Position numbers and translations under genes: made by a program | Origin: Macrostomum hystrix | Taxonomy: Eukaryota > Animalia > Platyhelminthes | Length of the DNA stretch: 64,000 nt | Assembly (NCBI GenBank): GCA_950097015.1 | Contig: CATNEN010000003.1 | Span: 7,750,001-7,814,000 of the forward strand | Direction: 5' to 3' | In this document: positions 14,321 through 27,415 of the stretch, one piece after another | Position numbering within the stretch: the stretch's first letter is position 1 | Layout of the letters: each line of letters starts with the position of its first letter | Notes under the pieces: generated by a model | Databases searched by the model: none | Told to the model about the DNA's origin: nothing | What the model saw: only the letters and a program-made list of their open reading frames with translations

Positions 14321-14829
14321 GTTAAGAGTAGAGAGCGGAGAAGAGGTGTAGCGCGAGCAGTAATATATAAAACACACGGATTGCTAGCAGTTGTCATGAG
14401 GTGAACTTTAGCTATTTATAATAGAGCTATATTCACTTCATAATTAGTTTTTTTATATTTTAACTTGCGGTACCCATTCACCGGAATCATGGAGATGTAA
14501 CAGTATGCAAGCTTAGTATACGAAAATATTTTGTTTAAAAAATGTAACGTAAAATGTATAAGCAAATGATTTTAGGCGTTATGTTGTGCGAAGCCTGGAT
14601 AGACTCGCTTTTTTAGTGTTTTAATGCCGTGAGAAAGTAAGTTATAGTTAGCTAATATACTTGCATTGTGTTTTGGCTATTTTATTTTTCACAAACCTCC
14701 ATTTTGCTATGCACGTTTTGGCTGCGAAATTTCACGTTATTTGTAAACTTCTTTTTATATTTGAAACAAAAATTTTATATATATTTTTAATTCTAGTCTT
14801 TCGTACTCGTATTTCAATCAGCCTTTTTA

Positions 14830-16240
14830 AGTATCGTTAGTTTTCTCTAGATTTCGTTTCTTTGGTATCGTTAGTTTTCTCTAGATTTCGTTTCTTTGCT
14901 ATCGTTAGTTTTCTCAATAGATTTCGTTTCATTGCTATCGTTAGTTTTCTCAATAGATTTCGTTTCTTTGCTATCGTTAGTTTTCTCAATAGATTTCGTT
15001 TCTTTGCTATCGTTAGTTTTCTCAATAGATTTCGTTTCATTGCTATCGTTAGTTTTCTCAATAGATTTCGTTTCTTTGGTAACGTTAGTTTTCTCTAGAT
15101 TTCGTTTCTTTGCTATCGTTAGTTTTCTCTAGATTTCGTTTCTTTGGTATCGTTAGTTTTCTCTAGATTTCGTTTCTTTGCTATCGTTAGTTTTCTCAAT
15201 AGATTTCGTTTCATTGCTATCGTTAGTTTTCTCAATAGATTTCGTTTCTTTGCTATCGTTAGTTTTCTCAATAGATTTCGTTTCTTTGGTAACGTTAGTT
15301 TTCTCTAGATTTCGTTTCTTTGCTATCGTTAGTTTTCTCAATAGATTTCGTTTCTTTGCTATCGTTAGTTTTCTCAATAGATTTCGTTTCTTTGCTATCG
15401 TTAGTTTTCTCAATAGATTTCGTTTCATTGCTATCGTTAGTTTTCTCAATAGATGTTGTTTCTTTGCTATCGTTAGTTTTCTCAATAGATTTCGTTTCTT
15501 TGGTAACGTTAGTTTTCTCTAGATTTCGTTTCTTTGGTAACGTTAGTTTTCTCTAGATTTCGTTTCTTTGCTATCGTTAGTTTTCTCAATAGATTTCGTT
15601 TCTTTGCTATCGTTAGTTTTCTCAATAGATTTCGTTTCATTGCTATCGTTAGTTTTCTCAATAGATTTCGTTTCTTTGGTAACGTTAGTTTTCTCTAGAT
15701 TTCGTTTCTTTGCTATCGTTAGTTTTCTCTAGATTTCGTTTCTTTGGTATCGTTAGTTTTCTCTAGATTTCGTTTCTTTGGTATCGTTAGTTTTCTCAAT
15801 AGATTTCGTTTCATTGCTATCGTTAGTTTTCTCAATAGATTTCGTTTCTTTGCTATCGTTAGTTTTCTCAATAGATTTCGTTTCTTTGGTAACGTTAGTT
15901 TTCTCTAGATTTCGTTTCTTTGCTATCGTTAGTTTTCTCAATAGATTTCGTTTCATTGCTATCGTTAGTTTTCTCAATAGATTTCGTTTCTTTGCTATCG
16001 TTAGTTTTCTCAATAGATTTCGTTTCATTGCTATCGTTAGTTTTCTCAATAGATGTTGTTTCTTTGCTATCGTTAGTTTTCTCAATAGATTTCGTTTCTT
16101 TGGTAACGTTAGTTTTCTCTAGATTTCGTTTCTTTGGTAACGTTAGTTTTCTCTAGATTTCGTTTCTTTAATAACGTTATTTTTCTGTAGATTTTCTTTG
16201 TTTGGTATCGTTAGTTTTCTCTAAAGATTTCGTTTTCTTC
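14830..16240. repeat. 36/34-bp minisatellite (GTTAGTTTTCTCAATAGATTTCGTTTCTTTGCTATC) with a ~600-bp higher-order duplication
   Basis: Tandem units. The variant GATGTTG unit and near-identical ORFs recur 600 bp apart (15153 vs 15753). Confidence 0.93.
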
Positions 16241-16873
16241 GAATCGACTTTGTGGAGGCTTTGAAACTCTCCTGGTCAATTCCCGGGGTAAAATTTCCCA
16301 AATTCATTTTCAAACCTTCCTTTTCCTTTATGGCCTAAATGCCTATATAATATGTTAAGCTTGTGTGTGGGTGTTAAATTAAGTATAGGCGCCATATCTG
16401 AGCAGGAAATCTTAGTCATAAGATTATCTAAAGCAAATATTGCCAATGTGATTCTCTTTGTCGGGAAATTTTGGATTCCTGACGTGTGATATTCGGAATC
16501 GAAATTAAACTGTCTACCTTTTAAGTATGGGATGTGGGACATTGCTAGGCAATAAAATTTGTTTGTAGCCTCCTCTCAGCTCTCATGGGTCGCAGAAAGT
16601 TTCAAGTATGCTAGCAACTAGCTTTTGCTTCACTTAAACTAGGCGCAACCACCTCAATATGGAGCCTGACATCGGGACCAGTTTCAACCAATGAGAGCTC
16701 GTCTGGAACGTTGGCCCACCCCAGACCAAACGCGCATCACATAAACCAGCTAGCAACTAGGCTAACAAATTGTCAGAAGAGATTTGAAATGTTCGCTCTT
16801 AACTGTGTGTTAAACAGTTCTATTAAATAAGTGAAAGCAAGATTTTGCTTTGCTGAAAATTGACTTGTCCAAT

Positions 16874-19800
16874 ATGCGAATCATACACTTCACCTCGTCT
16901 GCTATTGTTGCGACTCTTTTCATGTCTGTTGCTATGCCAGCACTTTGGACTGAGGATAGCACTTCCTATTCTGACACTTATCTGAAGGATTCGCGCTGGT
17001 GGTAAGTTGACATGTTTCTTCTGCCTGACACATTCTGTCCCATTCTTCCATTCTGTCCCATTCTCCCATTCTGTCCCATTCTTCCATTCTGTCACATTCT
17101 CCCATTCTGTCACATTTCATCTCATTCTCCCATTCTGTCACATTCTCCCATTCTGTCACATTTCATCACATTCTTCCATTCTGTCACATTCTCCCATTCT
17201 GTCACATTCTCCCATTCTATCACATTCTCCAATTCTATCACATTCTCCCATTCTGTCACATTCTCCCAATCTATGACATTCTCCCATTCTATGACATTCT
17301 CCCATTCTATCACATTCTCCCATTCTGTCATTCTTCCATTCTGTCACATTCTCCCATTCTGTCCCATTCTTCCATTCTATCACATTCTCCCATTCTATCA
17401 CATTCTCCCATTCCATCACATTCTCCCATTCTATCACATTCTCCAATTCTATCACATTCTCCCATTCTATGAAATTCTTCCATTCTGTCACATTCTTCCA
17501 TTCTGTCACATTCTCCCATTCTGTCCCATTCTTCCATTCTATCACATTCTCCCATTCTATCACATTCTCCCATTCCATCACATTCTCCCATTCTATCACA
17601 TTCTCCAATTCTATCACATTCTCCCATTCTATGAAATTCTCCCATTCTATCACATTCTCCAATTCTATCACATTCTCCCATTCTATGACATTCTCCCATT
17701 CTATGACATTCTCCCATTCTATCACATTCTCCCATTCTATCACATTCTCCCATTCTATGACATTCTCCCATTCTATGACATTCTCCCATTCTATCACATT
17801 CTCCCATTCTATCACATTCTCCCATTCTATCACATTCTCCCATTCTATCACATTCTCCAATTCTATGACATTCTCCCATTCTATGACATTCTCCCATTCT
17901 ATGACATTCTCCCATTCTATGACATTCTCCCATTCTATCACATTCTCCCATTCTGTCATTCTTCCATTCTGTCCCATTCTTCCATTCTGTCACATTCTTC
18001 CATTCTGTCACATTCTCCCATTCTGTCCCATTCTTCCATTCTATCACATTCTCCCATTCTATCACATTCTCCCATTCCATCACATTCTCCCATTCTATCA
18101 CATTCTCCAATTCTATCACATTCTCCCATTCTATGAAATTCTCCCATTCTATGACATTCTCCCATTCTATGACATTCTCCCATTCTATCACATTCTCCCA
18201 TTCTATCACATTCTCCCATTCTATGACATTCTCCCATTCTATCACATTCTCCCATTCTATGGCATTCTCCCATTCTGTCACATTCTCCCATTCTGTCACA
18301 TTCTCCCATTCTGTCACATTCTCCCATTCTATCACATTCTCCCATTCTGTCACATTCTCCCATTCTGTCACATTCTCCCATTCTGTCACATTCTCCCATT
18401 CTGTCACATTCTCCCATTCTGTCACATTCTCCCATTCTGTCACATTCTCCCATTATATCACATTCTCCCATTCTTTCACATTCTCCCATTCTTTCACATT
18501 CTCCCATTATCCCATCTTGAATCAAAGCATTCATAGCAACCAATGCGTTTTTCTGGACCAAAATTATTTCCTTTTTTATTAGCCCAGGGGCAGAAAAGGC
18601 ATTTACTTGTCTTAGAAGTTATATATCACAGTCCATAGTTAGTCCTGTAACATGACTTTGCATATCGAATAAAGGATACAGCCTATTTTCTGGAGAAAAA
18701 AAATTCTTGACAGATGTCAATCATTTTTCGTTAAATCGAAATTGAATCAAGTCAGGAACTAGAAACTAAAGGTTAGAATTCAAATGTCCTTCATAGCCTA
18801 AAGGAAAGATATGAAAATAATACAAAACAATTATTAAGCTCATGGTCATGGGGTCATGACCTTTCAATCATACATAATTAGTTTTCCAAGTCAATTAACT
18901 TCATGAATAAATTCATAAAGTTTAAAGTTTAAAAGTTTTTCAAAGTGGCTATCCTTCCGTTAACACCCGTGTTAAACAGGTAGATACCATTTAGTAAACA
19001 CCCGTGTTAAACAGGTAGATACCATTTAGTAAACACCCGTGTTAAACAGGTAGATACCATTTAGTAAACACCCGTGTTAAACAGGTAGATAACATTTAGT
19101 AAACACCCGTTTTAAACAGGTAGATAACGTTTAGTAAACACCCGTGTTAAACAGGTAGATACCATTTAGTAAACACCCGTGTTAAACAGGTAGATAACAT
19201 TTAGTAAACACCCGTGTTAAACAGGTAGATACCATTTATTAAACACCCGTTTTAAACAGGTAGATACCCTTTAGTAAACACCCGTGTTAAACAGGTAGAT
19301 ACCGTTTAGTAAGCACCCGTGTTAAACAGGTAGATACCATTTAGTAAACACCCGTGTTAAACAGGTAGATACCATTTAGTAAACACCCGTGTTGAACAGG
19401 TAGATACCATTTAGTAAACACCCGTGTTAAACAGGTAGATACCATTTAGTAAACACCCGTGTTAAACAGGTAGATAACATAACATTTAGTAAAAACCCGT
19501 GTTAAACAGGTAGATACCATTTAGTAAACACCCGTTTTAAACAGGTAGATACCATTTAGTAAACACCCGTTTTAAACAGGTAGATACCATTTAGTAAACA
19601 CCCGTTTTAAACAGGTAGATACCATTTATTAAACACCCGTGTTAAACAGGTAGATACCATTTAGTAAACACCCGTGTTAAACAGGTAGATACCATTTAGT
19701 AAACACCCGTGTTAAATAGGTAGATACCATTTAGTAAACACCCGTGTTAAGCAGGTAGATACCCTTTAGTAAACACCCGTGTTAAACAGGTAGATAACAT

Positions 19801-22800
19801 TTAGTAAAAACCCGTGTTAAACAGGTAGATACCATTTAGTAAACACCCGTGTTAAACAGGTAGATAACATTTAGTAAACACCCGTGTTAAACAGGTAGAT
19901 ACCATTTAGTAAACACCCGTGTTAAGCAGGTAGATACCCTTTAGTAAACACCCGTGTTAAACAGGTAGATACCATTTATTAAACACCCGTTTTAAACAGG
20001 TAGATACCATTTAGTAAAGACCCGTGTTAAACAGGTAGATACCGTTTAGTAAACACCCGTGTTAAACAGGTAGATACCATTTAGTAAACACCCGTTTTAA
20101 ACAGGTAGATACCCTTTAGTAAACACCCATGGTCAAATAATGGACACCAGTTGAAAAAACAGATTTATATGACCAATTAAGCGATAAAATGTTTAAACAG
20201 TTGAAAACACTTGTTGTCACTCGAATTTTTTTTCACATTCTCCTGTCTACCTGTCCTACCTGCGAAAACTTATCAACCTACCTTTCTACGGGGCTTCCGA
20301 CCTACCTATTTGGCAATCTACTTGCCTTCCTACCTACCAACGTAACTGCGTGCCTACCTACCTGCTTTCTTACCTGCCTATCTACCTACCTATCCAGCTA
20401 TCTACCCATCTACCTATCTACCTACTTACCTATCTACTTACCTAACTACCAACTTATCTACCTACCTATCTCCCTACCTATCTACCGACCTACCTACCTA
20501 TCTACCCACCTAACTACCAACTTATCTACCTACCTATCTACCTATCCACCTATCTACCTACCTATCTACCTATCTAACTACCTAACTACCAACCTATATA
20601 CTAACCTTACTATCAACTTTTCTACCAACCTATCTACCTACCAACCTATCTACCTACCAACCTATCTACCAACCTATATACCAACCTACCTACCCACCTA
20701 GCTACCTGCCTATCTACCAACCTATCTACCCACCTAGCTACCTACCTATCTACCAACCTATCTACCCACCTAGCTACCTACCTATCTACCAACCTATCTA
20801 CCCACCTAGCTACCTACCTATCTACCAACCTATCTATCCATCTAGCTACCTACCTATCTACCAACCTATCTACCCACCTAGCTACCTACCTATCTACCTA
20901 CCTACCTACCTATCTACCAACCTATCTACCTACCTACCAACCTATTTACCTACCTAACTACCTACCTACCTATCTACCTACCTAACTACCAACCTATATA
21001 CTTACCTAGCTACCAACTTATCTACCTACCTACCAACCTAGCTACCTACCTACTTACATATCTACCCATCCAACTACCTACCAACATATCTACCTACCCA
21101 ACTACCTACCTACCTATCTAACTACCTACCTATCTACCTACCCAACTGCCTACTTACCTACCTATCTACCTCCCTAGCTTTCATAAGCCTTCTAGGCGTA
21201 ATTTCTATTTCGAGCACAATAATCAGCCAATCGAAGTCAAATCTTCCACAATCATCGCTCAGGAGTCTTCATCGATTCGCCAATCGCGATAGCGACTGGA
21301 ACGTACGCGAGGCGCAGTATCACTTCAGCCGGCGCCAGTGGTCGCAGTTTTCGCCGAAAAAGTGCAGCTTCGATCCGGAACTAATCCGGGCGGCTCTGCA
21401 GGGCGTCCACATGGCGATGCGCGAATGCGAGCGTCAGATGGCCTCGGAGCGTTGGAACTGTTCGCGAATGGCCGCCAATTATCAGTTCGGCCAGCCCAAC
21501 ATCTTCGGCCGGCTACTCTGGAGAGGTGAAAGAACTAGAAAATGTATTTTCAAGCTACTATAAGTAGAAATGTGAACATTTCATTGTAAAATTATGCAAC
21601 GAAGTTTAGTGCTTCGTTATAGACTAAAATCTAACAATTTGTGTATTTAGGCGAGATACTGAATTCTCCTATGTTCCCCTGTTTGAGGATGGCTGTGGCG
21701 CCTCCTCCCTGTCCATGGACTGAACAGCCGTACACAGTCTTCAGTGAAGCGCTATGCAATAAAGTGGGCTGCACATCTGGCCAAAAATTCACATTCTAAA
21801 TCCTACTGTACCTTAGGTATTCTTAGAGCTGTAGGGAGAGAGGTAGAGAGGTAGGTAGAGGGGTAGGGAGAGAGGTTGAGAGATAGGGAGAGAGGTAGAC
21901 GGGTAGGGAGAGAGGTAGAGAGGTAGGGAGAGAGGTAGAGGGATAGGGAGAGAGGTAGAGAGGTAGGGAGAGAGGTAGAGGGATAGGGAGAGAGGTAGAG
22001 GGGTAGGGAGAGAGCTAGAGGGGTAGGGAGAGAGGTAGAGGGGTAGGGCGATATGAAAATGTAGGGAATGGTTGAAGAGCAGTAATTAACAAATAATATG
22101 AATAATTCCAGCGCAATGGCGCATTATTTGGTGACACTAGACTCGCAGCCAGCGAGAAGCAATTCTGACTCCTGAGCACACACGCACACAGATACCGCAC
22201 GCAGGCACACGCTCACACAGGTGTGTACATCTGCCCTGACTTTCTCATCGTCGGGCAGTGTGCACTTTCACTGTGCCTTGGAGGTTGGCCCTCAAGGGTG
22301 TAAATTGCACGACAAGCCACAATTAATGTGGCCTCGCTGCGGAATCGAACTCAGGTTCATTGGTGCAAGAGGCAAAACGTGTTAGACCATTCTACCAGTC
22401 TCCCCCCTACTCTGCCTCTCTCCCTACCACCCTATACCTCTCTTCCTGTCTCATCCTTTCTCATAATATTCGCCAACCTCAAACACCCACATCTTACAGG
22501 CATACCCGAGACGGCCTTCACCTTGGCGATAGTATCCGCTGGAATTACAGCGTCCGTCGCCTCCGAATGCAAACGGTCCCTGACCTGCTGCCCGTGTCAC
22601 ATGACTCAGGGTGACAGCTACGACGGGCCCCAGAATGCCATCACTCGGCCGGGTTGCGATCACAACATTAAATTTGCGAAAAGTCTTGCCAAACGTCTGC
22701 TAGACAAGACTGAGAAAGGTCGCGACGTGCGCTACATCTCACTGCTGCATAACTACAACACTGGACGACGGGTAAGGCGACCTTGACTTTAAAAGTTTCG

Positions 22801-25246
22801 TATCTTTAAAAAATCGTTTCCATTCCGTGTTTTTTAAATCAGTGACAGGATTGCTTCGTATAAATTTCTAAAATAACCATATTAAGTATGCCTCAACATA
22901 TTTGATTGGCCAAGTCATATTGTCACGTGACCTGATTAAAGGTAATTAAAGGAGGAGTTCGCTAGGATTTTTTGCTTAGCCGAAATAGCATATCAGCTCA
23001 TCTAGTTTAAATTTTCATTGGTGAAGGCCTCGTGCATTAAAACAATTTAACTTTTGTTTTTATCTTCTAGTTTACGAGATTCTCTTTCAGATTAAGAATT
23101 TATGTGCCAACTAATAATTAGTTTCATTTGAAGCGAACCTTTTAGCATATTAAGAATTACAGTTTTTTATGTGACAATTTTATATATATTTAAACATGCG
23201 TATAGATAATATAAATAATATATCCATATTATAATTAAAATAAATAAAAATAATTATTAGCTACTTTGATCATTATGTTAAAATTTTGCAAAGCAACAGC
23301 GAAAATCTTGTTGACAATTTCATTAAATAAATAAAAAAATTCGGACTCAGTGGCGCAACCAGGTTTTGCCTTAGGGGGGGGCGGTCTTTGTGTACATTGC
23401 CCTATGCGTACATTGCCCTTTGCGTACATTGCCCTTTGCGTACATTGCCCTTTGGGTACATTGCCCTTTGCGTACATTGCCCTTTGCGTACATTGCCCTT
23501 TGCGTACATTGCCCTTTGCGTACATTGCCCCGCGGGTCGAAGGGGGGCGGCTGCCAGGTGGAGCGCGCTCTGTTTCGCTGTTTTCGCCCATCATTCCTGG
23601 GCCAATTTCAAGGGCCGGTAGGGTAGGGCCCAGACGATTTAAAAGGTTTTAAAAATCAGAACGCCCGCACGATTATAATGAAAGCTTGAAAATTAATATA
23701 TGACCAATGGTCTTGGACTTGGTCTTTGGTCTATGTACGTTGGACTTGGGGGACAGGGAATGAGATAAGGTAATAATTATTAAGAAGCGTCTTGGCTTGC
23801 CCTTTGCGTACATTGCCCCCGCGGGCCGAAGGGGGGGGCGGCCGCCACCCCCGCCCCCCCCTGGGTGTGCCACTGAATTTCGTTAACACAAATTGCGAAA
23901 CAGATAAATGAGCTGAAACTACGATTTTAATTTTAAGTTCAAAAAATGCAATCAATTTTAGTTTATCGAGAACCGTGTGCCACTGGTTACAATTAAGTAA
24001 ATTATGCGTTTTTAAACCGTGTACTTTTCCAGGCGGTAATGAAAACAATGGTTAAAAGATGTCTCTGCCATGGTACCAGCGGCAGCTGCACTTATCGCAC
24101 CTGCTGGCAGGAGGTGGCCAATTTTCAGAAGATCGGCGAGCTGCTTAAACAAGAATACAATAAAGCAGTGAAGGTTGTGCAAGGTAAATGTTCAGAGAAT
24201 AAAAAAACCATGGACCACTAGAAGAAGAAGGGTGGGATACTTCGTTTCTTTGAAAATTTATTAAATGCAGATTTTCACGGAAAGATGCACTAGCAAGATA
24301 GAACTTTTTGCGTTTTTTACATGAAAATGTTGATTACTTTTTTGGAAGCAGAGCAAAGTTTGTTCATTTAATATATCTTGCAAAACATGTTGCTTCAAAT
24401 AATAAAAAAGATAATAGTAAATTTATTTTATTTTCGTTTATTTATCTTGGATAACAATAGCCAATCAAAACTATCTGTAGTTACTAACTCAATTTAACAA
24501 TAACTTTCTAATCAAGCATAAGTAGTGTATTACACTCGAGAATTACGTAGAAAACGAAAATAAAATAAAGATCAATTATGTTATGAAAGTTATGAACAAA
24601 TCTTTAAAAAAATCGTTCAAGCAACTTGTTTTGCAAAATATATATTAAAAAAAACAGCATTTGATCTTCTTCCAAAAAAATTATCAACATTTTAGTAAGA
24701 AAATCTGAAAAGTTACTATCTCGCTAGTGTATATTTCCGTGAATACCTGCCTATAATGTAATTTCCAAGAAACGAAGTGTCCCATCCTTCTTCTAGTGGT
24801 CCTTGTGAAAAGCACGCGTAGAACTGGTAAAAAAACAAATACCCGCTGTTTGCAACTTCGCAGGCAGCCCAGTAAAGATTTTCAATACCGTTCGACCAAC
24901 TCTCGGTGAATCAAATCGACGAAAGCGGCGTCGAATTTTGAACCTGGTCAAAGTGGAAGTGTCCATGGACCGTTTGGTTCGTCCCAGACGCTCCGATCTA
25001 GTCTATTACGAGAATGTGTCCAAAGATTTCTTCTGCGAGCGTCAAACCTATTGGAGTGTGCTGGGAACTCGACAGAGAGTCTGCAACGCTCATGGTGGCA
25101 ACTGCAGCCACATCTGCTGCGGTCGGCCCTACCGCACCGAGTACTATAAGCACGTGGATGCGAAGTGTAATTGTCAATTTATCTGGTGCTGCGAAGTAAA
25201 ATGCGAGACATGCATCACCGACAGGCAGAGAAAGATCTGCAGTTAA
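16874..25246 (+). CDS. wnt1: Wnt family ligand, probably Wnt1-like; 5 exons, about 398 aa
   Basis: Exons 16874-17001, 21263-21525, 22500-22771, 24033-24183, 24864-25246; all GT-AG, phases 2/1/0/1 join to 1197 nt. Hydrophobic signal peptide MRIIHFTSSAIVATLFMSVAMPALW, then WWSL, EC..RWNCS, ETAF..AI.SAG, LHNYNTGR, CLCHGTSGSC (lipidated Ser), CCGR and CNCQFIWCCEVKCETC. Wnt family is secure. Subfamily is inferred from PNIFGRLLWRG.ETAF and the lack of the N-terminal Cys pair. Confidence 0.93.
17028..18515. repeat. 18-bp minisatellite (CACATTCTCCCATTCTRT) in Wnt intron 1
   Basis: Starts about 26 nt after the exon-1 donor; source of the ENVIEW/HILPF repeat ORFs. Confidence 0.95.
18957..20128. repeat. 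35-bp minisatellite (AAACACCCGTGTTAAACAGGTAGATACCATTTAGT) in Wnt intron 1
   Basis: About 33 highly similar units, each with a small hairpin AACAC-CC-GTGTT. Confidence 0.95.
20240..21175. repeat. Degenerate (CCTA/TCTA)n microsatellite with 28-bp superunits in Wnt intron 1
   Basis: Tetranucleotide periodicity. ORF 20189-20701 is its translation. Confidence 0.9.
21830..22048. repeat. 20-bp G/A-rich minisatellite (GTAGGGAGAGAGGTAGAGRG) in Wnt intron 2
   Basis: About 11 tandem units. Confidence 0.9.
22085..22407 (-). mobile_element. tRNA-derived SINE family A, diverged copy in Wnt intron 2
   Basis: Aligns by eye with 30131-30509 and 58035-58426 (GTGACACTAGAC.CGCAGCCAGCGAG; CAGGTGTGTACATCTGCCCTGAC; GGAATCGAAC B-box complement), with internal deletions. 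Confidence 0.85.
23348..23875. mobile_element. MITE / non-autonomous DNA transposon with CAGTGG termini and internal 16-bp tandem repeat, in Wnt intron 3
   Basis: Imperfect TIRs CAGTGGCGCAACCAGG / CCTGGGTGTGCCACTG with G7/C-run subterminals. GC-rich insert in an AT-rich intron. (CATTGCCCTTTGCGTA)n at 23395-23530. No clean TSD. Confidence 0.7.
24212..24802. mobile_element. Foldback/MITE element with ~230-bp imperfect inverted arms, filling most of Wnt intron 4
   Basis: Left GGACCACTAGAAGAAG..GGGATACTTCGTTTCTT matches the reverse complement of right AAGAAACGAAGTGTCCCATCCTTCTTCTAGTGGTCC. Pairing continues to about 24440/24550. Confidence 0.8.
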
Positions 25247-25369
25247 ATTAGTAAACAATCTTGTCATTTTTCTTGACGATTTTAATGATTAGCTTTTTTT
25301 GCTGGTCCTGGATCAATAAGTTTTTTATTATCGTAGTTTTTCGGAATTCTCGGGGCTTTTTTGGGTGTA

Positions 25370-25800
25370 CATAGATTCTCCTAAGGTAGAGATCATGGAA
25401 GGCGTGAGGTTGTTGGAGTGTACATTCTCGTAGGGTAGAGATCATGGAAGGCGTGAGGTTGTTGGAGTGTACATTCTCGTAGGGTAGAGATGATGGAAGG
25501 CGTGAGGTTGTTGGAGTGTACATTCATGTAGGGTAGAGATCGTGGAAGGCGTGAGGTTATTGGAGTGTACATTCTCGTAGGGTAGAGATGATGGAAGGCG
25601 TGAGGTTGTTGGAGTGTACATTCATGTAGGGTAGAGATGATGGAAGGCGTGAGGTTGTTGGAGTGTACATTCATGTAGGGTAGAGATCATGGAAGGCGTG
25701 AGGTTGTTGGATTGTATACATACATACATTGTATACATACGAGCAGTGTACATGCTCGTAGGATAAAAAGAATCGAAGGCGTTGGGTTAGTGGAGTGCAT
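25370..25800. repeat. 49-bp minisatellite just downstream of the Wnt stop codon
   Basis: Unit GGGTAGAGATCATGGAAGGCGTGAGGTTGTTGGAGTGTACATTCTCGTA, about 7-8 copies. Confidence 0.92.
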
Positions 25801-27415
25801 ATTCGCACTCTTATAACTCTTATATCATGGGAATGATATCGTGTACTTTATCGCAAGAGGAACTCTTCGTAGGTACATTATCTGGAGGGGAGATAAGGCT
25901 TTAAATTGCTTTGCTTTGTTTATTTGCCATAAATATCAAACCATGTACTTTTTATTAACCTATATTTCTCTTGATTAAAAACGTGTTGCAATTCAAAGGT
26001 TCCAATGAACCTTTCAGTTTCAAGTTTTTGTTCTCTTTAAGTACAATAACTTTTTAGTAAAACCAAATCAAATGCTCTTTTAACTTTACTTATTTTGGTT
26101 ATTTCGCCATTAGGGATTTTAATTGATGTTCTGAAAAGAAATTTAAATCCTTGAAAAATAGAGTAGGGTGCTTTTTTGACTAAATTGTTGCACACGTTTG
26201 TACATATACAGTTTAGTTAAATTAGTTTTCCTTTATTTTTAATCCTATCTCATCACTGCTTTTAGTTTTCATTGTTTCAAAAAGATCAAATTTTGCTTTT
26301 CTTTTATTCAAAAGTGCACATGTTTGTTAAACCAATTGAAAAATGCACCACTACTGACAAGTAGTTTGTAACACCCTACCTCATTTTCGATCATCTTTAT
26401 GCATTGCAGGGCTGTCTCTACAATTAAAAAGTATCAATGAAGCAACACTGAAAAAAGTTGCACTTTTATCGAAAACGAAGTAACGTGCATGAAATGCTGA
26501 AATTCAATGACAATATATTCACTTTCTAAACATAAACTAATGGTTTCTAAAAATAGACTTTGGGTTTCTAAAAATAAACCTTGGGTTTCTAAAAATAGAT
26601 TTCCTAAAATCGACAGTTATAAAATAATTACTGAAGAGGCGTTTGCGTGAAAGTTAAAGTGTTGTGCTATTTAAATCTTGTTTCTTTCTTACATTTAAAA
26701 GTAATTTGCCACTAAATTAGTAAATAGCATATATGTGTGTAACATTCAATGCAAGTTTTGTTCCTCTTTTTTCAAGCATTAACGAACAAATATCATTTTC
26801 AACGAGTTGCAAACATGCAGTGTGTTTTTTAATGACTTTTTTTATCACAATCTTTCGTTCATGATTCATCTGCTCTATCCAGCATCGTTCCCATTGTTTC
26901 GTTGCAGTTTTTAATCGTAGCTGTCTTTTATACCTCGAAATTGTTTACAACTTCAAATTATAAACTACAAAATGTTTGCTGGGCAGTCTATAACTTTGTG
27001 AGCCTGTTCGCTTGTGTTTATTAACTGGAACTAAACATATATGCTATTCACCAGTTGCTATGCCAGACATTATATATATAGACAATGTATTGACAAGTTA
27101 CGCCATGGATCGTAAAAATAGAATTCGTACATGAAAAATGAAGTAAAGTTTTAGAAATTTATTGCATGGCTTAGTCATTCATCAATGTCACATGCATATA
27201 CATGCTCAGATGACTCAACTGACACATTTAATGAGCTATCGTAACATATTATAAGCTCGGTTATGTGTTGGTTCTGTTATTACAAAAATTATTATTTAAT
27301 TCCAGTTCTTCGCTATTTCACTACTGGAAGATTAAGTAGTATAAAAGCATATTCCTCGTTGCTTTATTCCAAAAATTTTTCGCCATTCGTAGCTTTTCAT
27401 ATTTTTCAAAACTGC

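Noticed and set aside
16276-16542. 88-aa minus-strand ORF upstream of Wnt
   Set aside because: No recognisable motif or linked exon; cannot be supported as a gene.
13364-18582. Long ORFs (SPRFRSLL, RKLTIAKK, EWENVI, HILPF types)
   Set aside because: Translations of minisatellites, open in several frames or strands at once; those at 17007-18582 lie inside Wnt intron 1.
21196-21262. Alternative Wnt exon-2 acceptor at TTCTAG|G (21196)
   Set aside because: Joining it to the phase-2 donor gives a stop at about 21290; CAG|G at 21263 gives the typical WWSL and an open frame.
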